Below are positions 10,478 through 21,132 of a stretch of 64,000 bases of DNA, piece after piece. Within the stretch, counting starts at the first letter, position 1. The number at the start of each line of letters is the position of its first letter. The DNA comes from Acidiferrobacterales bacterium (GTDB taxonomy: Bacteria; Pseudomonadota; Gammaproteobacteria; Acidiferrobacterales; DATGVQ01). A program made the translations under genes and the position numbers. Location: NCBI GenBank assembly GCA_035300145.1, contig DATGVQ010000180.1, forward strand, positions 1,232-65,231, in the 5' to 3' direction. The notes under the pieces were generated by a model that had not been told where the DNA came from, did not search any database, and was given only the letters and a program-made list of their open reading frames with translations.

Positions 10478-11821
10478 ATGATTGAAAAAGTTGTCATAGC
10501 CAACCGCGGCGAAATCGCTTTGCGCATCCAGCGCGCCTGCCGCACCCTTGGCATAAAAACCGTGGCTTTACATTCTGAAGCCGACCGCGACGCCAAATAT
10601 GTACGGCTGGCGGATGAATCGGTATGTATCGGGCCGCCCTCGGCGGCACAAAGCTATTTAAATATCCCCGCCGTCATTAGCGCGGCCGAGGTTACCGACG
10701 CTGTCGCTATCCATCCCGGTTATGGTTTTCTTTCCGAAAACGCCGACTTCGCCGAGCGCGTGGAGCAAAGCGGGTTTATCTTTATCGGCCCGCGCCCGGA
10801 AACCATTCGTCTTATGGGCGACAAGATTTCCGCCATCAAAACCATGAAAAAGGCCGGTGTGCCGTGCGTGCCAGGATCCGAGGGGCCACTGGATAACGAT
10901 GAAAAAAAGATATTTAAAATCGCCACAGACCTAGGCTATCCGATCTTGATCAAAGCGGCCGGCGGCGGCGGCGGTAAAGGCATGCGGGTGGTGCACAGCG
11001 AGGCGACCTTGCTCAATGCCATCGCCATTACTCGTGCCGAAGCCAAAGCGGCGTTCAATAACGATACCGTCTATATGGAAAAATACCTGGAGAACCCGCG
11101 CCATATCGAGTTCCAAGTATTGGCCGACGAGCACGGCAGCGCGATTCATCTTGGCGAGCGCGATTGTTCGCTGCAACGGCGCCACCAAAAGGTGGTGGAA
11201 GAGGCGCCGGCCCCCGGTATTTCGGAAAAAGTACGCAGCCGAATCGGCGAACGCTGCGCCGAGGCTTGCCGCCGTATCGGCTATCGCGGCGCGGGGACCT
11301 TCGAGTTTTTGTACGAAAGGGGCGAATTTTACTTTATTGAAATGAACACGCGCATACAGGTTGAACACCCGGCGACAGAAATGGTCACCGGCGTCGACAT
11401 TGTTAAACAGCAACTGCTCGTCGCTTCCGGCGAAAAGCTGGCTTATAGACAAAAGGATATCGAGATGCGCGGCCATGCCATGGAATGCCGGATAAATGCC
11501 GAGGACCCGAGAACTTTCATGCCCTCGCCTGGGCGCATCACCCAATACCATCAACCCGGCGGCCCGGGAATACGGGTTGATTCCCATATCTACAATAACT
11601 ATATGGTCCCTCCCTATTACGATTCCATGATCGGCAAGCTGATTGCGCACGGCGACACGCGCGAGATCGCGATGGCGCGCATGCGCATTGCTTTAAGCGA
11701 GATGGTGGTCGATGGCATCAAAACCAACATCCCGCTGCAACAGTACCTATTCAACGATGCCGCGTTTCAGACCGGCGGTGTTAATATCCACTATTTGGAA
11801 AAACGTCTTGGGTTAAGTTAG
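10478..11821 (+). CDS. accC: acetyl-CoA carboxylase biotin carboxylase subunit
   Basis: 447 aa. [17 protein letters not shown]-grasp [22 protein letters not shown]. Confidence 0.97.
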   Translation: MIEKVVIANRGEIALRIQRACRTLGIKTVALHSEADRDAKYVRLADESVCIGPPSAAQSYLNIPAVISAAEVTDAVAIHPGYGFLSENADFAERVEQSGFIFIGPRPETIRLMGDKISAIKTMKKAGVPCVPGSEGPLDNDEKKIFKIATDLGYPILIKAAGGGGGKGMRVVHSEATLLNAIAITRAEAKAAFNNDTVYMEKYLENPRHIEFQVLADEHGSAIHLGERDCSLQRRHQKVVEEAPAPGISEKVRSRIGERCAEACRRIGYRGAGTFEFLYERGEFYFIEMNTRIQVEHPATEMVTGVDIVKQQLLVASGEKLAYRQKDIEMRGHAMECRINAEDPRTFMPSPGRITQYHQPGGPGIRVDSHIYNNYMVPPYYDSMIGKLIAHGDTREIAMARMRIALSEMVVDGIKTNIPLQQYLFNDAAFQTGGVNIHYLEKRLGLS

Positions 11822-12693
11822 TGCCGTGGCTGAAATTCAGGCTGCGTATCGATCCCGACCGCGCCGAGCAAGTGGCTGATGTGTTTGAAGAGCTCGGCGC
11901 GATCGCGGTCACGTTTGAAGACGCCGGCGATCAACCGCTATTTGCCAAGGCACTCGAGCAAAATCCATTGTGGGCGCATACCTGGGTAAGCGGTTTATTC
12001 CCATCAGGTACGCCGCCGCAAAATGTCCTCAAACATGTCTCGTCCGGCGCCGCGGAAGCCACGCCGCATGAAACCGAGATTATTCCCGATCAAAATTGGC
12101 AACTTGCCTCGCTGGCTCACTTTAAGCCGCTCTATTTCGGCGGTGATCTTTGGGTATGCCCAAGCTGGTGCCAGCCGCCGAGACCGGATGCAATCAATCT
12201 TATCCTGGACCCTGGGCTCGCCTTTGGCACCGGCGCCCATGCCAGCACGGCCTTATGCCTGGAGTGGTTGGCAAAGCAGCCGCTGGCTGGAGCCGAAGTG
12301 GTTGATTTTGGCTGCGGCTCCGGCATTCTGGCAATCGCCGCGCTTAAGCGCGGCGCACACCATGCCTGGGGCGTTGACATCGACCTGGACGCCCTGCAAA
12401 TAAGCCATGAAAACGCGGCGCGCAATGGCGTAGTAGAAAAATTTACCTGCGGCCTGGCCACCGCCTTGCCACCGGAGTTACATGCGGATATCGTAATGGC
12501 CAACATACTTGCCGAGCCGCTTATGGAATTAGCGCCTTTGTTTACTAAGCTGGTAAAGAAAGGCGGGCGTTTGCTGCTGGCCGGCCTGCTCGTTGAACAA
12601 ATCAAACCGGTGACAGCGTATTACGCACGGGATTTTGCGCTTAGCACCCGCATGCGCGAAGGATGGGCGTTAGTAATAGGGACGAAAACCTGA
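11821..12693 (+). CDS. prmA: ribosomal protein L11 methyltransferase
   Basis: 290 aa. LDPGLAFGTGAHASTALCLEWL and the SAM motif VVDFGCGSGILAIAA. The GTG start overlaps the accC stop by 1 nt. Confidence 0.9.
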   Translation: MPWLKFRLRIDPDRAEQVADVFEELGAIAVTFEDAGDQPLFAKALEQNPLWAHTWVSGLFPSGTPPQNVLKHVSSGAAEATPHETEIIPDQNWQLASLAHFKPLYFGGDLWVCPSWCQPPRPDAINLILDPGLAFGTGAHASTALCLEWLAKQPLAGAEVVDFGCGSGILAIAALKRGAHHAWGVDIDLDALQISHENAARNGVVEKFTCGLATALPPELHADIVMANILAEPLMELAPLFTKLVKKGGRLLLAGLLVEQIKPVTAYYARDFALSTRMREGWALVIGTKT

Positions 12694-12703
12694 TCTTAAG
12701 CCG

Positions 12704-13480
12704 GTGAAGAACATTATCATGTATACCCAATGCCCGGAATGTCATACGGTTTTTGCGCTTACCAAAAAGCAGTTGGAGGCGCGCGCCGGCGTGGTGCGCT
12801 GCGGCCAGTGTGCGGCGATTTTCCAGGCAGACGAGCATATGCTCGACACTCTTTCAGCAAGGAATTTCGCGCAAGAAGAAGGCTCCCTGCCACCGATGTC
12901 GCAAGCGCCCGCACGAGATGAGGGGGACGAAATGGAGGCTTCGCTGCTGGTGCCAGAAGATCCCCAACCCGCCTTAATCGCCAAATCATCGGACGGCAGA
13001 CGGCGCCGGTTACTGTGGGCCTTTGGCAATTTCTTATTATCGCTCGCGCTGATAGGGCAGTACTTTTTTATTTACCGCAGCGAGCTTGCGCAACAGCCGC
13101 AGCTAGCGCCGTGGATAACGGAAGCGTGCGAGCTTCTCGCTTGTGAAATTCCTTCGCCTAAAGATATTAGCAAGATCGAACTGATCGAAGCCGAGATAGC
13201 CCCGCACCCGAAGTTTGATAAGGCCTTGCGTATCAGAGCGAGCCTGGTTAACCATGCGAACTTTGCTCAGAATTATCCATTAATGGAAATCAGCCTAACC
13301 AATAACAGCGGCGTGGTCTTGGCACGGCGTACGTTTAACCCTCAGGAGTATTTGGAGAAACCGCAGAAGGCGGCGGATGGAATGGTGCCGAACATGACTG
13401 CTTCGGCATTGTTAGAAATAACCCAACCGGACGATAGCGCCGTTGGTTATGAAATCCAGCTGCTGGCGTCCCCGTCTTAA
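12704..13480 (+). CDS. MJ0042-type zinc-ribbon / DUF3426 membrane protein
   Basis: 258 aa. N-terminal TQCPECHTVF...VRCGQCAAIF zinc ribbon, one TM helix (LLWAFGNFLLSLALIGQYFFI), and a C-terminal beta-rich domain. This architecture often follows prmA. Confidence 0.7.
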   Translation: MKNIIMYTQCPECHTVFALTKKQLEARAGVVRCGQCAAIFQADEHMLDTLSARNFAQEEGSLPPMSQAPARDEGDEMEASLLVPEDPQPALIAKSSDGRRRRLLWAFGNFLLSLALIGQYFFIYRSELAQQPQLAPWITEACELLACEIPSPKDISKIELIEAEIAPHPKFDKALRIRASLVNHANFAQNYPLMEISLTNNSGVVLARRTFNPQEYLEKPQKAADGMVPNMTASALLEITQPDDSAVGYEIQLLASPS

Positions 13481-13483
13481 GCA

Positions 13484-14028
13484 GGTTGTTGAAAAAGTCC
13501 ATCCGTGGACTTTTTGACTCGGACCTTTCTTCGCTTTGCAGTCCCTGCGTGCTCGAAAGCCGGGGTTCGCCTTCCATGGCGAACCCGCTCAGCGGGAGGA
13601 AGGTCCACCGGACCTTCCTCTTGATCCGCTTCGCCCCTGGTCCTCGCCCTACGGGCGCTACCAGGTAGCGCCCACTCTCTCCTGGAGAAATTGTCAACAC
13701 GCAAAGCAAAAAGCGGCCGCTCCTGCGCCTCCCTGCGCTCGCGACGCACAGGGAGGTGCAAGTGTCGCGGGAGGTAGGATGCCGAGAGCGACCGGCATTC
13801 GTACTTCCTGCACAGCACGGTTTTTGCTTTGCTTCATTGTTCAAACATGTAGCGTGTTTGAACAATGGCGATACGTCCCTATACCGCGACGGGCAGGAAG
13901 CCCAAGTGCCGTGCCCTACAGGGAAGTAGTAATGCCGCGGGAGGCGGGGACGCCGGGAGCGGCCGTAGCGCAGGGAGGCGCGAGGGCGGCCACCGCAGGG
14001 TGATGAAAAACGAGTTTTTCATCACCCT
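13484..14028. repeat. modular palindromic intergenic repeat, copy C (longest, about 545 bp)
   Basis: Contains every module seen in A, B, D, E and F, plus extra hairpins: gggttcgcc/ggcgaaccc, ggaaggtcc/ggaccttcc, gggcgctacc/ggtagcgccc. Ends with cgcagggtgatgaaaaacgagtttttcatcaccct (14028). Confidence 0.88.
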
Positions 14029-14129
14029 GCTAGCGCCAAAGTTCGCCGGCGCATTATTTAAACGACCCCCTTTCCCAGGCACGACTTTTCTAGGTATGAT
14101 GCGCTTCCCGCGCGCCAAAAATTCTATGT

Positions 14130-15116
14130 ATGCAAATTGGACCTTATAAACTAAAGAATAATCTGCTGGTCGCGCCCATGGCCGGGGTCACCGATCGTCC
14201 GTTTCGCCAGTTATGCAAAAAGCTCGGCGCCGGCATGGCGGTGTCGGAGATGGTGTCTTCTAATTCCTTGCTATGGGGCAGTGAAAAAACCCTGCGGCGC
14301 GCCAATCATGCGGGAGAAGCCGAACCTAAATCCGTGCAAATCGCCGGCGCCGACCCCGCCATGATGGCGCAAGCGGCGCGCTACAACGTGGACAACGGCG
14401 CGCAAATTATCGATGTCAATATGGGTTGCCCGGCGAAAAAAGTCTGTAACGTCATGGCCGGCTCAGCGTTGCTAAAAGACGAATCTTTAGTGGCGCGCAT
14501 ACTTGATGCGGTGATAACGGCGGTTGATGTTCCGGTCACATTGAAAATCCGCACCGGCTGGGACAAAGACCACCGTAATGGCGTCACGATAGCGCGCACG
14601 GCAGAGGCGGCCGGTATCCAGGCCTTGGCCGTCCATGGCCGTACGCGCGCCTGCGCCTATCAAGGCGACGCGGAATACGATACGATCGCGGCGATTAAAG
14701 CAGCGGTAAATATCCCTATTATCGCCAATGGCGATATCGACTCACCGGAAAAAGCCAAACGCGTTTTGGCGCATACCGGCGCTGATGGGGTGATGATCGG
14801 GCGGGCGGCGCAAGGCGACCCGTGGATATTTCGCGAGATCGCTTATTATCTTGAAACAGGGGAAAAGTTACCTCCGCCTTCTGCCGCTGAAATACGCGAT
14901 ACTTTGCTGGCGCACTTGGAGAATCTCTATCAATTCTACGGCGAGCAGACCGGTGCGCGCGTGGCGCGTAAACATATTTCTTGGTACAGCAAAGGTTTGG
15001 CGGGCGGGGCGTTATTCCGCAACATCATCAACCGGGTAGAGCTTGCGGAAGAACAATTTCGTCTCACGCGGGAATTTTTTGATCAACAAATCGACGCTTG
15101 TGGAATGGCGGCATGA
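14130..15116 (+). CDS. dusB: tRNA-dihydrouridine synthase B
   Basis: 328 aa. APMAGVTDRPFR, DVNMGCPAKKV, VTLKIRTGW, ANGDI. Followed by fis, as in enterobacteria. Confidence 0.92.
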   Translation: MQIGPYKLKNNLLVAPMAGVTDRPFRQLCKKLGAGMAVSEMVSSNSLLWGSEKTLRRANHAGEAEPKSVQIAGADPAMMAQAARYNVDNGAQIIDVNMGCPAKKVCNVMAGSALLKDESLVARILDAVITAVDVPVTLKIRTGWDKDHRNGVTIARTAEAAGIQALAVHGRTRACAYQGDAEYDTIAAIKAAVNIPIIANGDIDSPEKAKRVLAHTGADGVMIGRAAQGDPWIFREIAYYLETGEKLPPPSAAEIRDTLLAHLENLYQFYGEQTGARVARKHISWYSKGLAGGALFRNIINRVELAEEQFRLTREFFDQQIDACGMAA

Positions 15117-15376
15117 AAGAGCAACGCAAACACCCGAAAGATAAATCCAGAGGACCGCTGGCGGCCTGCGTCAAAGCCGCTGTTGAGCGCTACTTTCATG
15201 ATCTCAACGGAGAAAAACCAGACGGTCTCTATGATATGGTAATCGCCGAAGTAGAAGCGCCCCTGCTTGAAGCCGCGATGCGTTACGCGCAGAGCAATCA
15301 GTGCCGAGCGGCGGAAATTCTCGGCATCAATCGCAATACCCTGCGCAAAAAACTCAAACTCTACGATATCGGTTAG
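15113..15376 (+). CDS. fis: DNA-binding protein Fis
   Basis: C-terminal HTH: [25 protein letters not shown]. Start set at the ATG at 15113, which forms an ATGA overlap with the dusB stop. The track start at 15098 is a TTG. Confidence 0.88.
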   Translation: MKEQRKHPKDKSRGPLAACVKAAVERYFHDLNGEKPDGLYDMVIAEVEAPLLEAAMRYAQSNQCRAAEILGINRNTLRKKLKLYDIG

Positions 15377-15387
15377 GCGCGCCTCCT

Positions 15388-16962
15388 GTGTCGTTTCCCA
15401 TCAAACGCGCCCTGTTCAGCGTTTCGGATAAAAGCGGCGTGGCCGAATTCGCGCGCGCGTTACAACCTTTCCACATCGAGATCCTGTCGACCGGCGGCAC
15501 CGCGGAGCTTCTGCTTAAAAACGGCGTTACTGTGCGCGAGGTCTCGGACTACACCGGCTTTGCGGAAATACTGGGTGGGCGGGTAAAAACCCTGCACCCA
15601 AAAATACACGGCGGCCTGTTAGCGCGGCGCGACTTGGCTGATCATGTCAAGGCCATGCAAGAATACGATATCCCGCCGATCGATCTGGTCGTGGTTAACT
15701 TATATCCATTCGAACAGACCGTCGCGCAAGTTAACAGCAGTTTAGAACAGGCGATAGAAAACATCGACATCGGCGGCCCGGCTCTGCTGCGTGCGGCGGC
15801 TAAGAATTATGCCGCGGTTACGGTCGTAGTCGACAACGCCGACTATGCGCGTGTCGTGCAAGAAATCAAAAGCAATCGTGGCGCGGTCAGCGACACGTTG
15901 CGTTTCGAGCTGGCGCGAAAAGCATTTGAACATACCGCGCGCTACGACGGCGCCATTGCCAATTACTTGGCAGCCATTGAACCGGCAGGCGCGCGCGTAA
16001 AGTTCCCGCGCATCTTTAGTTTTCAGCTCACCAAAAAACAGGAGCTGCGCTACGGGGAAAATCCGCATCAAAAAGCGGCTTTTTATATCGAGCGGCAACC
16101 GGCCGAGGCGGGCGTGGCGACGGCACGCCAGCTGCAAGGCAAGGAGCTTTCGTTCAACAACGTCGCTGACAGCGATGCGGCGTTGGAGTGCGTAAAGTCA
16201 TTCGATGATCCGGCCTGCGTCATCGTCAAACACGCCAATCCTTGCGGGGCGGCGATCGCCGATAATTTACTGCAGGCCTACGAACGCGCTTATGCCACCG
16301 ACCCCGCCTCGGCATTCGGCGGGATCATTGCTTTCAATCGCCCGCTTGATGCAACGACTGCCAAAACCATTATCGAACATCAGTTCGCGGAAGTCATTAT
16401 TGCGCCGACAGTGGCGGCGGATGCATTGGCGTGGCTCTCCGGCAAACCGAATGTGCGCGTTTTGGAGTCGGGTGTTTGGGGCAGGCACCGCGCCGGTGGT
16501 CTCGATTATAAAGGTGTTACCGGCGGCTTATTGCTGCAAGAACGGGATATTGGCGCGGTGCAAGCGGCCGATCTTAAGATCGTAACCAAACGCGCACCCA
16601 CCCAGCAGGAGTTGCCCGATTTATTATTTGCCTGGAAGGTAGCTAAATTCGTTAAGTCAAACGCCGTTGTTTACTGCAAAAACGGCCGGACCATCGGCGT
16701 CGGGGCGGGGCAAATGAGCCGCGTTTACAGCGCGCGCATCGCCGCAATCAAAGCCGCTGATATGCATTTAGAGGTAAACGGCTCGGTCATGGCCTCGGAC
16801 GCATTTCTGCCTTTCCGCGACGGCCTGGATAACGCTGCCGCGGTCGGCGTCACGGCCGTAATTCAGCCAGGGGGTTCCATGCGCGATCAAGAGGTGGTCG
16901 CTGCGGCTGACGAGCATGATATGGCCATGGTATTTACCGGTATGCGCCATTTCCGCCACTAA
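15388..16962 (+). CDS. purH: bifunctional AICAR transformylase / IMP cyclohydrolase
   Basis: The conserved N-terminus [14 protein letters not shown] follows GTG 15388. The track start at 15301 lies inside fis. Also has GGTA..L, KTLHP, and C-terminal [11 protein letters not shown]. Confidence 0.95.
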   Translation: MSFPIKRALFSVSDKSGVAEFARALQPFHIEILSTGGTAELLLKNGVTVREVSDYTGFAEILGGRVKTLHPKIHGGLLARRDLADHVKAMQEYDIPPIDLVVVNLYPFEQTVAQVNSSLEQAIENIDIGGPALLRAAAKNYAAVTVVVDNADYARVVQEIKSNRGAVSDTLRFELARKAFEHTARYDGAIANYLAAIEPAGARVKFPRIFSFQLTKKQELRYGENPHQKAAFYIERQPAEAGVATARQLQGKELSFNNVADSDAALECVKSFDDPACVIVKHANPCGAAIADNLLQAYERAYATDPASAFGGIIAFNRPLDATTAKTIIEHQFAEVIIAPTVAADALAWLSGKPNVRVLESGVWGRHRAGGLDYKGVTGGLLLQERDIGAVQAADLKIVTKRAPTQQELPDLLFAWKVAKFVKSNAVVYCKNGRTIGVGAGQMSRVYSARIAAIKAADMHLEVNGSVMASDAFLPFRDGLDNAAAVGVTAVIQPGGSMRDQEVVAAADEHDMAMVFTGMRHFRH

Positions 16963-16979
16963 TCGGTGATGAAATCTCT

Positions 16980-18275
16980 ATGAAGGTGTTGATTATTGGC
17001 GGCGGCGGACGGGAACACGCCCTGGCCTGGAAGGCGGCACAATCTCCGAAGGTGCAGAAAGTCTATGTCGCGCCGGGCAATGCCGGCAGCGCACACGAAC
17101 CAAAAACAGAAAACATCCCTCTCGCCGCGGAAGATATCCAAGGCCTGCTCGGTTTTGCCAAGACTAACAAAATCGACCTGACTATTGTCGGCCCGGAGAC
17201 CCCGCTGGTGTTGGGCGCGGTTGATTATTTTCAAGCCGCTGGGCTGCGCTGCTTTGGGCCTACTCAGGCCGCGGCACAACTCGAGGGCTCCAAGTCCTTT
17301 GCCAAAGATTTTCTTGCGCGCCACCGTATTCCGACCGCAGCCTATGCCACCTTTACGGATGCCGATACCGCGATGGCCTATATTCGCCAACACCAGGCGC
17401 CTTGGGTGATAAAAGCCGACGGGCTCGCGGCCGGCAAAGGCGTTATCATTGCTCAGGCGGAAGCCGAGGCCATCCAAACGGTTAAGAATATATTAGAGCA
17501 AAACGCTTTCGGCGCCGCCGGCAGGCGTATCATTATCGAGCAACTTCTGGTGGGCGAAGAAGCGAGTTTTATCGTCATGGTGGATGGTAAAAACGTTCTG
17601 CCGCTTGCGACCTCCCAAGACCACAAGCGCCGGGACGACGGCGAGCGTGGGCCTAACACCGGCGGCATGGGCGCTTATTCGCCCGCAGCGGTAGTCACGC
17701 CCGCGCTGCATGCGCACATTATGCATGAAGTCATTGAGCCTACGGTGCATGGCATAGCACAGGAGGGTCGTCCTTATACCGGATTCCTTTATGCCGGCCT
17801 GATGATTACCGCCGATGGCGCACCCAGAGTATTGGAATATAATTGCCGTTTCGGTGACCCGGAAAGCCAGCCGATTATGATGCGTCTTCAGACCGACTTG
17901 ATTGAGCTTATCGAGGCGGCGTTGGCTGGCAAATTGGATCGTATCGAGGCGCGCTGGGATCCGCGTCCGGCGCTGGGCGTAGTCATGGCGGCGCAGGGAT
18001 ACCCGGGTTCTTACCATAAGGGCGATATAATCCACGGCCTGCCGGCTGACAGCGAGGCCGATCGCAAGGTTTTTCACGCCGGCACCCTGGAAAAAAATGG
18101 CGCGATTGTCACGCACGGCGGACGCGTATTATGCGTCACGGCGCTCGGTAAATCCGTACGCGCGGCGCAGGCGCGCGCCTATGGGCTGGTAAACCAAATA
18201 AGCTGGAAGGGCGCCTTTTACCGTCGTGATATCGGTTTTCGCGCGATCGAGCGGGAACGCGGCGCGCGTGGCTAA
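16980..18275 (+). CDS. purD: phosphoribosylamine-glycine ligase
   Basis: 431 aa. MKVLIIGGGGREHALAWK, ADGLAAGKGV, EYNCRFGDPE. Confidence 0.95.
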   Translation: MKVLIIGGGGREHALAWKAAQSPKVQKVYVAPGNAGSAHEPKTENIPLAAEDIQGLLGFAKTNKIDLTIVGPETPLVLGAVDYFQAAGLRCFGPTQAAAQLEGSKSFAKDFLARHRIPTAAYATFTDADTAMAYIRQHQAPWVIKADGLAAGKGVIIAQAEAEAIQTVKNILEQNAFGAAGRRIIIEQLLVGEEASFIVMVDGKNVLPLATSQDHKRRDDGERGPNTGGMGAYSPAAVVTPALHAHIMHEVIEPTVHGIAQEGRPYTGFLYAGLMITADGAPRVLEYNCRFGDPESQPIMMRLQTDLIELIEAALAGKLDRIEARWDPRPALGVVMAAQGYPGSYHKGDIIHGLPADSEADRKVFHAGTLEKNGAIVTHGGRVLCVTALGKSVRAAQARAYGLVNQISWKGAFYRRDIGFRAIERERGARG

Positions 18276-18295
18276 TACTTCTTGAGAGATCTTCC

Positions 18296-18802
18296 ATGGC
18301 TAAACCTTTTGTCGCCATCTTGATGGGTTCCGATTCGGATCTTGCGACCATGCAAAGCGCGGTCGAGATCTTGGACAAGTTCGGTATTGTTCATGAAGTT
18401 AAAATCGCCTCGGCGCATCGCACCCCCGAGATCACCCATGCATATATTAAAGAGGCCGATGCGCGCGGTTGTGCGGTGTTCATCGCCGCCGCTGGTCTTG
18501 CCGCTCATCTCGCCGGCACGGTGGCGGCGTTGACCACAAAGCCGGTGATCGGTGTACCGATGGACAGCGGACCGCTCAATGGCCTCGATGCGCTGCTTTC
18601 AACCGTACAAATGCCGGGCGGCATTCCAGTTGCGTGTGTGGCGCTCGGCAAACACGGCGCAAAAAACGCGGGTTATCTCGCCGCGCAAATCCTGGCGCTT
18701 AATGATGCGGCGCTGGCGAAACACCTGCTCGCGGAGCGCGCGACCAACGCTGCCGAGGTTCAGGCTAAAGACCGGGGGCTCCAGAAAAAGCGAGGAAAAT
18801 GA
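18296..18802 (+). CDS. purE: N5-carboxyaminoimidazole ribonucleotide mutase
   Basis: 168 aa. [30 protein letters not shown]. No purK follows. Confidence 0.92.
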   Translation: MAKPFVAILMGSDSDLATMQSAVEILDKFGIVHEVKIASAHRTPEITHAYIKEADARGCAVFIAAAGLAAHLAGTVAALTTKPVIGVPMDSGPLNGLDALLSTVQMPGGIPVACVALGKHGAKNAGYLAAQILALNDAALAKHLLAERATNAAEVQAKDRGLQKKRGK

Positions 18803-19344
18803 GCGCATTTTCCCTTCAACATGCCGCGCATATCTTGCGTCAAGGCGGCGTTGTTGCTTATGCGACCGAGTCTTGTTTCGGCCTCGGCTGTGATCCGCGA
18901 ACTCCATCCGCGGTCAAGCGTCTGCTAAGACTCAAGCGGCGTCCGGTGAGGAAAGGCCTCATCTTGATCGCCGCCGATCTGGATCAGCTTCAGCCCTACT
19001 GTACAGAATTTCCGCCCGAGGTATTAGCCGCCTGGCCGGGGCCGCATACCTGGCTGCTGCCGGCGAAGAAAAATGCGCCGCGCTGGATTATGGGCAAACA
19101 CGCTCGTATCGCGCTGCGCGTTACTGCCCACCCGCAAGCGGCGGCGTTGTGCCGCAGCGCGGGCATGGCGATCGTCTCTACCAGCGCCAATCGCGGCCGC
19201 GAAGTGCCGGCGCGCACGTATCGTGAAGTCATCAGGCGCTTTCATGACGAAATAGATTATATTTTGCCCGGATATACCGGCGGGTTAAAACAGCCTACAC
19301 CGATTACCGATGCTGACACCGGCAAGATTATTCGCGCCGGTTAA
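18799..19344 (+). CDS. tsaC: L-threonylcarbamoyladenylate synthase, TsaC/YrdC type
   Basis: 181 aa. YrdC-domain pattern: GGVVAYATESCFGLGCD, LKRRP..KGLILI, STSAN. ATGA overlap with purE. Confidence 0.8.
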   Translation: MSAFSLQHAAHILRQGGVVAYATESCFGLGCDPRTPSAVKRLLRLKRRPVRKGLILIAADLDQLQPYCTEFPPEVLAAWPGPHTWLLPAKKNAPRWIMGKHARIALRVTAHPQAAALCRSAGMAIVSTSANRGREVPARTYREVIRRFHDEIDYILPGYTGGLKQPTPITDADTGKIIRAG

Positions 19345-19356
19345 TGCATCTAGACT

Positions 19357-20271
19357 ATGACAACGTCAAATATTCATACTGTTAAGGCTTACTTGCTTGA
19401 CCTACAGGAGCGGCTTTGCCGTGCGCTGGAGCAAGAGGACGGCCAGACCCGATTTCACGAAGACTGTTGGGAGCGCCCGGAAGGCGGTGGTGGGCGCACC
19501 CGGGTGCTGGCACAAGGGGTTTTGTTCGAGCAGGCGGGAGTCAATTTCTCCCATGTGCAGGGCGCCAACCTGCCGCCTTCCGCTACCGCGTTACGCCCCG
19601 AGCTTGCCGGCCGCTCTTTCCAAGCCACCGGTGTTTCACTGGTAATTCATCCGCTTAATCCGTTTGTGCCGACTGTGCACTGCAATGTGCGTTACCTGGA
19701 GGCGCAGAAACCGGGGGTTCCGCCCGTGTGGTGGTTCGGCGGGGGCTTCGATCTAACGCCTTATTATGGTTTTGAAGAAGACGTTAAACACTGGCACCGG
19801 ACCGCCAAACAAGCCTGCGATGCCTTTGGGGAAGACTATTACTTGCGCTTCAAAAAATGGGGCGATGATTATTTTTTTATTAAGCACCGGCGGGAACCGC
19901 GCGGCGTCGGTGGCTTGTTTTTCGATGATTTAAATGAAAAAAGTTTTGACCACTGTTTCCGCTTCAGCCAAAGCGTGGGCGATCATTTTCTCGCCGCCTA
20001 TTTACCCATCGTGCAGCGCCGCAAGGCGCTGGCCTGGGGGGAACGAGAGCGCGACTTCCAGCTCTACCGGCGCGGCCGCTATGTGGAATTCAACTTGGTC
20101 TATGACCGCGGCACTTTGTTCGGGCTACAGTCGGGCGGCCGCAGCGAATCTATACTTATGTCTTTGCCGCCGCTGGTGAAATGGCGCTACGACTGGAAGC
20201 CGGAGCCGGGTTCGCCCGAGGCCAAGCTGTATGAGGAGTTTTTACAACCGAGAGACTGGTTGCTTTCCTGA
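19357..20271 (+). CDS. hemF: oxygen-dependent coproporphyrinogen-III oxidase
   Basis: 304 aa. [47 protein letters not shown]. Confidence 0.92.
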   Translation: MTTSNIHTVKAYLLDLQERLCRALEQEDGQTRFHEDCWERPEGGGGRTRVLAQGVLFEQAGVNFSHVQGANLPPSATALRPELAGRSFQATGVSLVIHPLNPFVPTVHCNVRYLEAQKPGVPPVWWFGGGFDLTPYYGFEEDVKHWHRTAKQACDAFGEDYYLRFKKWGDDYFFIKHRREPRGVGGLFFDDLNEKSFDHCFRFSQSVGDHFLAAYLPIVQRRKALAWGERERDFQLYRRGRYVEFNLVYDRGTLFGLQSGGRSESILMSLPPLVKWRYDWKPEPGSPEAKLYEEFLQPRDWLLS

Positions 20272-20292
20272 GCCTGAAAGCAAACGCCGAAG

Positions 20293-20511
20293 TTAATCGC
20301 TGCCGCTGGTGCCGCCCTCTTGTTTCTCGATGTTCTTATCTGTTTCAAGCGCGCGGTCGCTCAGGGTTTTTTCAACGCCTTTTGCCCGCCCCAACGTTTT
20401 CACTTGTTCCTTCCAGACATGATCGTTGCTTTTTTGATCAGAACAGGCGCCTAACAAAAACGTTGCCGTAACAAACAAACTCAGACGCAGACGCAGTGAA
20501 TTTTTTTTCAT
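20293..20511 (-). CDS. small putative lipoprotein, no family assigned
   Basis: 72 aa. Signal peptide with lipobox FLLGAC, then a charged Lys/Glu-rich body. Coding status rests only on the lipobox and the tight fit between neighbours. Confidence 0.5.
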   Translation of the reverse strand: MKKNSLRLRLSLFVTATFLLGACSDQKSNDHVWKEQVKTLGRAKGVEKTLSDRALETDKNIEKQEGGTSGSD

Positions 20512-20524
20512 CGAAGGGCTTCCT

Positions 20525-21025
20525 TTAAGCTGATCGGTTAAACGAAGCTGAGCCTTCCCGCGCGGGACGCACGACTACGGTGCCGGCTAATTTATCGTGC
20601 CAGGCCTGCTTGCGGGCATCGAACGCTACCCATATGAACCCAAGGCCGAGGGGAAGGAGGGAAACCAGATAGGCGAAATAGCGGCCGATGAATTGACCGG
20701 TTGAGGGTTTTTGGCCGGTATCGGCGTCGACGATGCGCGCGGAAATCGCCATCTTACCCGGAGTCGCCGACCGATAAACCCAAAATAGGACGGCAGCAAT
20801 GGCGGGAAACACATATAAAGCCACGACACCTGCCGGCCCCACCAAGCTCTGCCCTTGGATAAGCCTCTCCATAAGCCTGTCCAATTCAAAGTAGGCCGCG
20901 CCATAAACCGCAATTAGAATCGGGAAAATAATAATGGTAAGCAAAATAGTATCGATAATTGTTGCCCATGCCCGCGCCCAAAAACCGGCATAAGCGAGGC
21001 CGGTGCTGGTCTGCTGTTGGTTCAT
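20525..21025 (-). CDS. RDD-family membrane protein
   Basis: 166 aa. YAGFWARAWATIIDTILL start, three hydrophobic segments, and the C-terminal QAWHDKLAGTVVV typical of RDD domains. Confidence 0.7.
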   Translation of the reverse strand: MNQQQTSTGLAYAGFWARAWATIIDTILLTIIIFPILIAVYGAAYFELDRLMERLIQGQSLVGPAGVVALYVFPAIAAVLFWVYRSATPGKMAISARIVDADTGQKPSTGQFIGRYFAYLVSLLPLGLGFIWVAFDARKQAWHDKLAGTVVVRPAREGSASFNRSA

Positions 21026-21132
21026 TAAACCCTCCTCGTTTCCTATAAGCTGCGTAACAATCGGTAAAATACTACACCCGTTCGCCGTTACAGAAAACGC
21101 GGATATTTACCCTCGCCACGCCGATCGAACGC

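Noticed and set aside
13335-14149. Track ORFs inside repeat copy C: 13335-13865 (-), 13477-13818 (-), 13536-14003 (+), 13865-14149 (+), 13879-14118 (-).
   Set aside because: They lie entirely in the hairpin-repeat mosaic and overlap one another on both strands. They have Arg/Pro/Ala-rich low-complexity translations and recur, as artefacts of the palindromes, at other repeat copies.
10931-18116. Long antisense ORFs in core genes: 10931-11650 (accC), 16959-17477 and 17493-18116 (purD). Also 42951-43670 (kinase), 48546-49034 (rsmG/parA) and 34674-35237 (mnmE).
   Set aside because: Each is antisense to a gene with strong family motifs and shows no motifs of its own.
19629-19644. TGTTTCAC half parS match inside hemF.
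   Set aside because: Only the left half matches and the right half is unrelated. It is intragenic and most likely chance.
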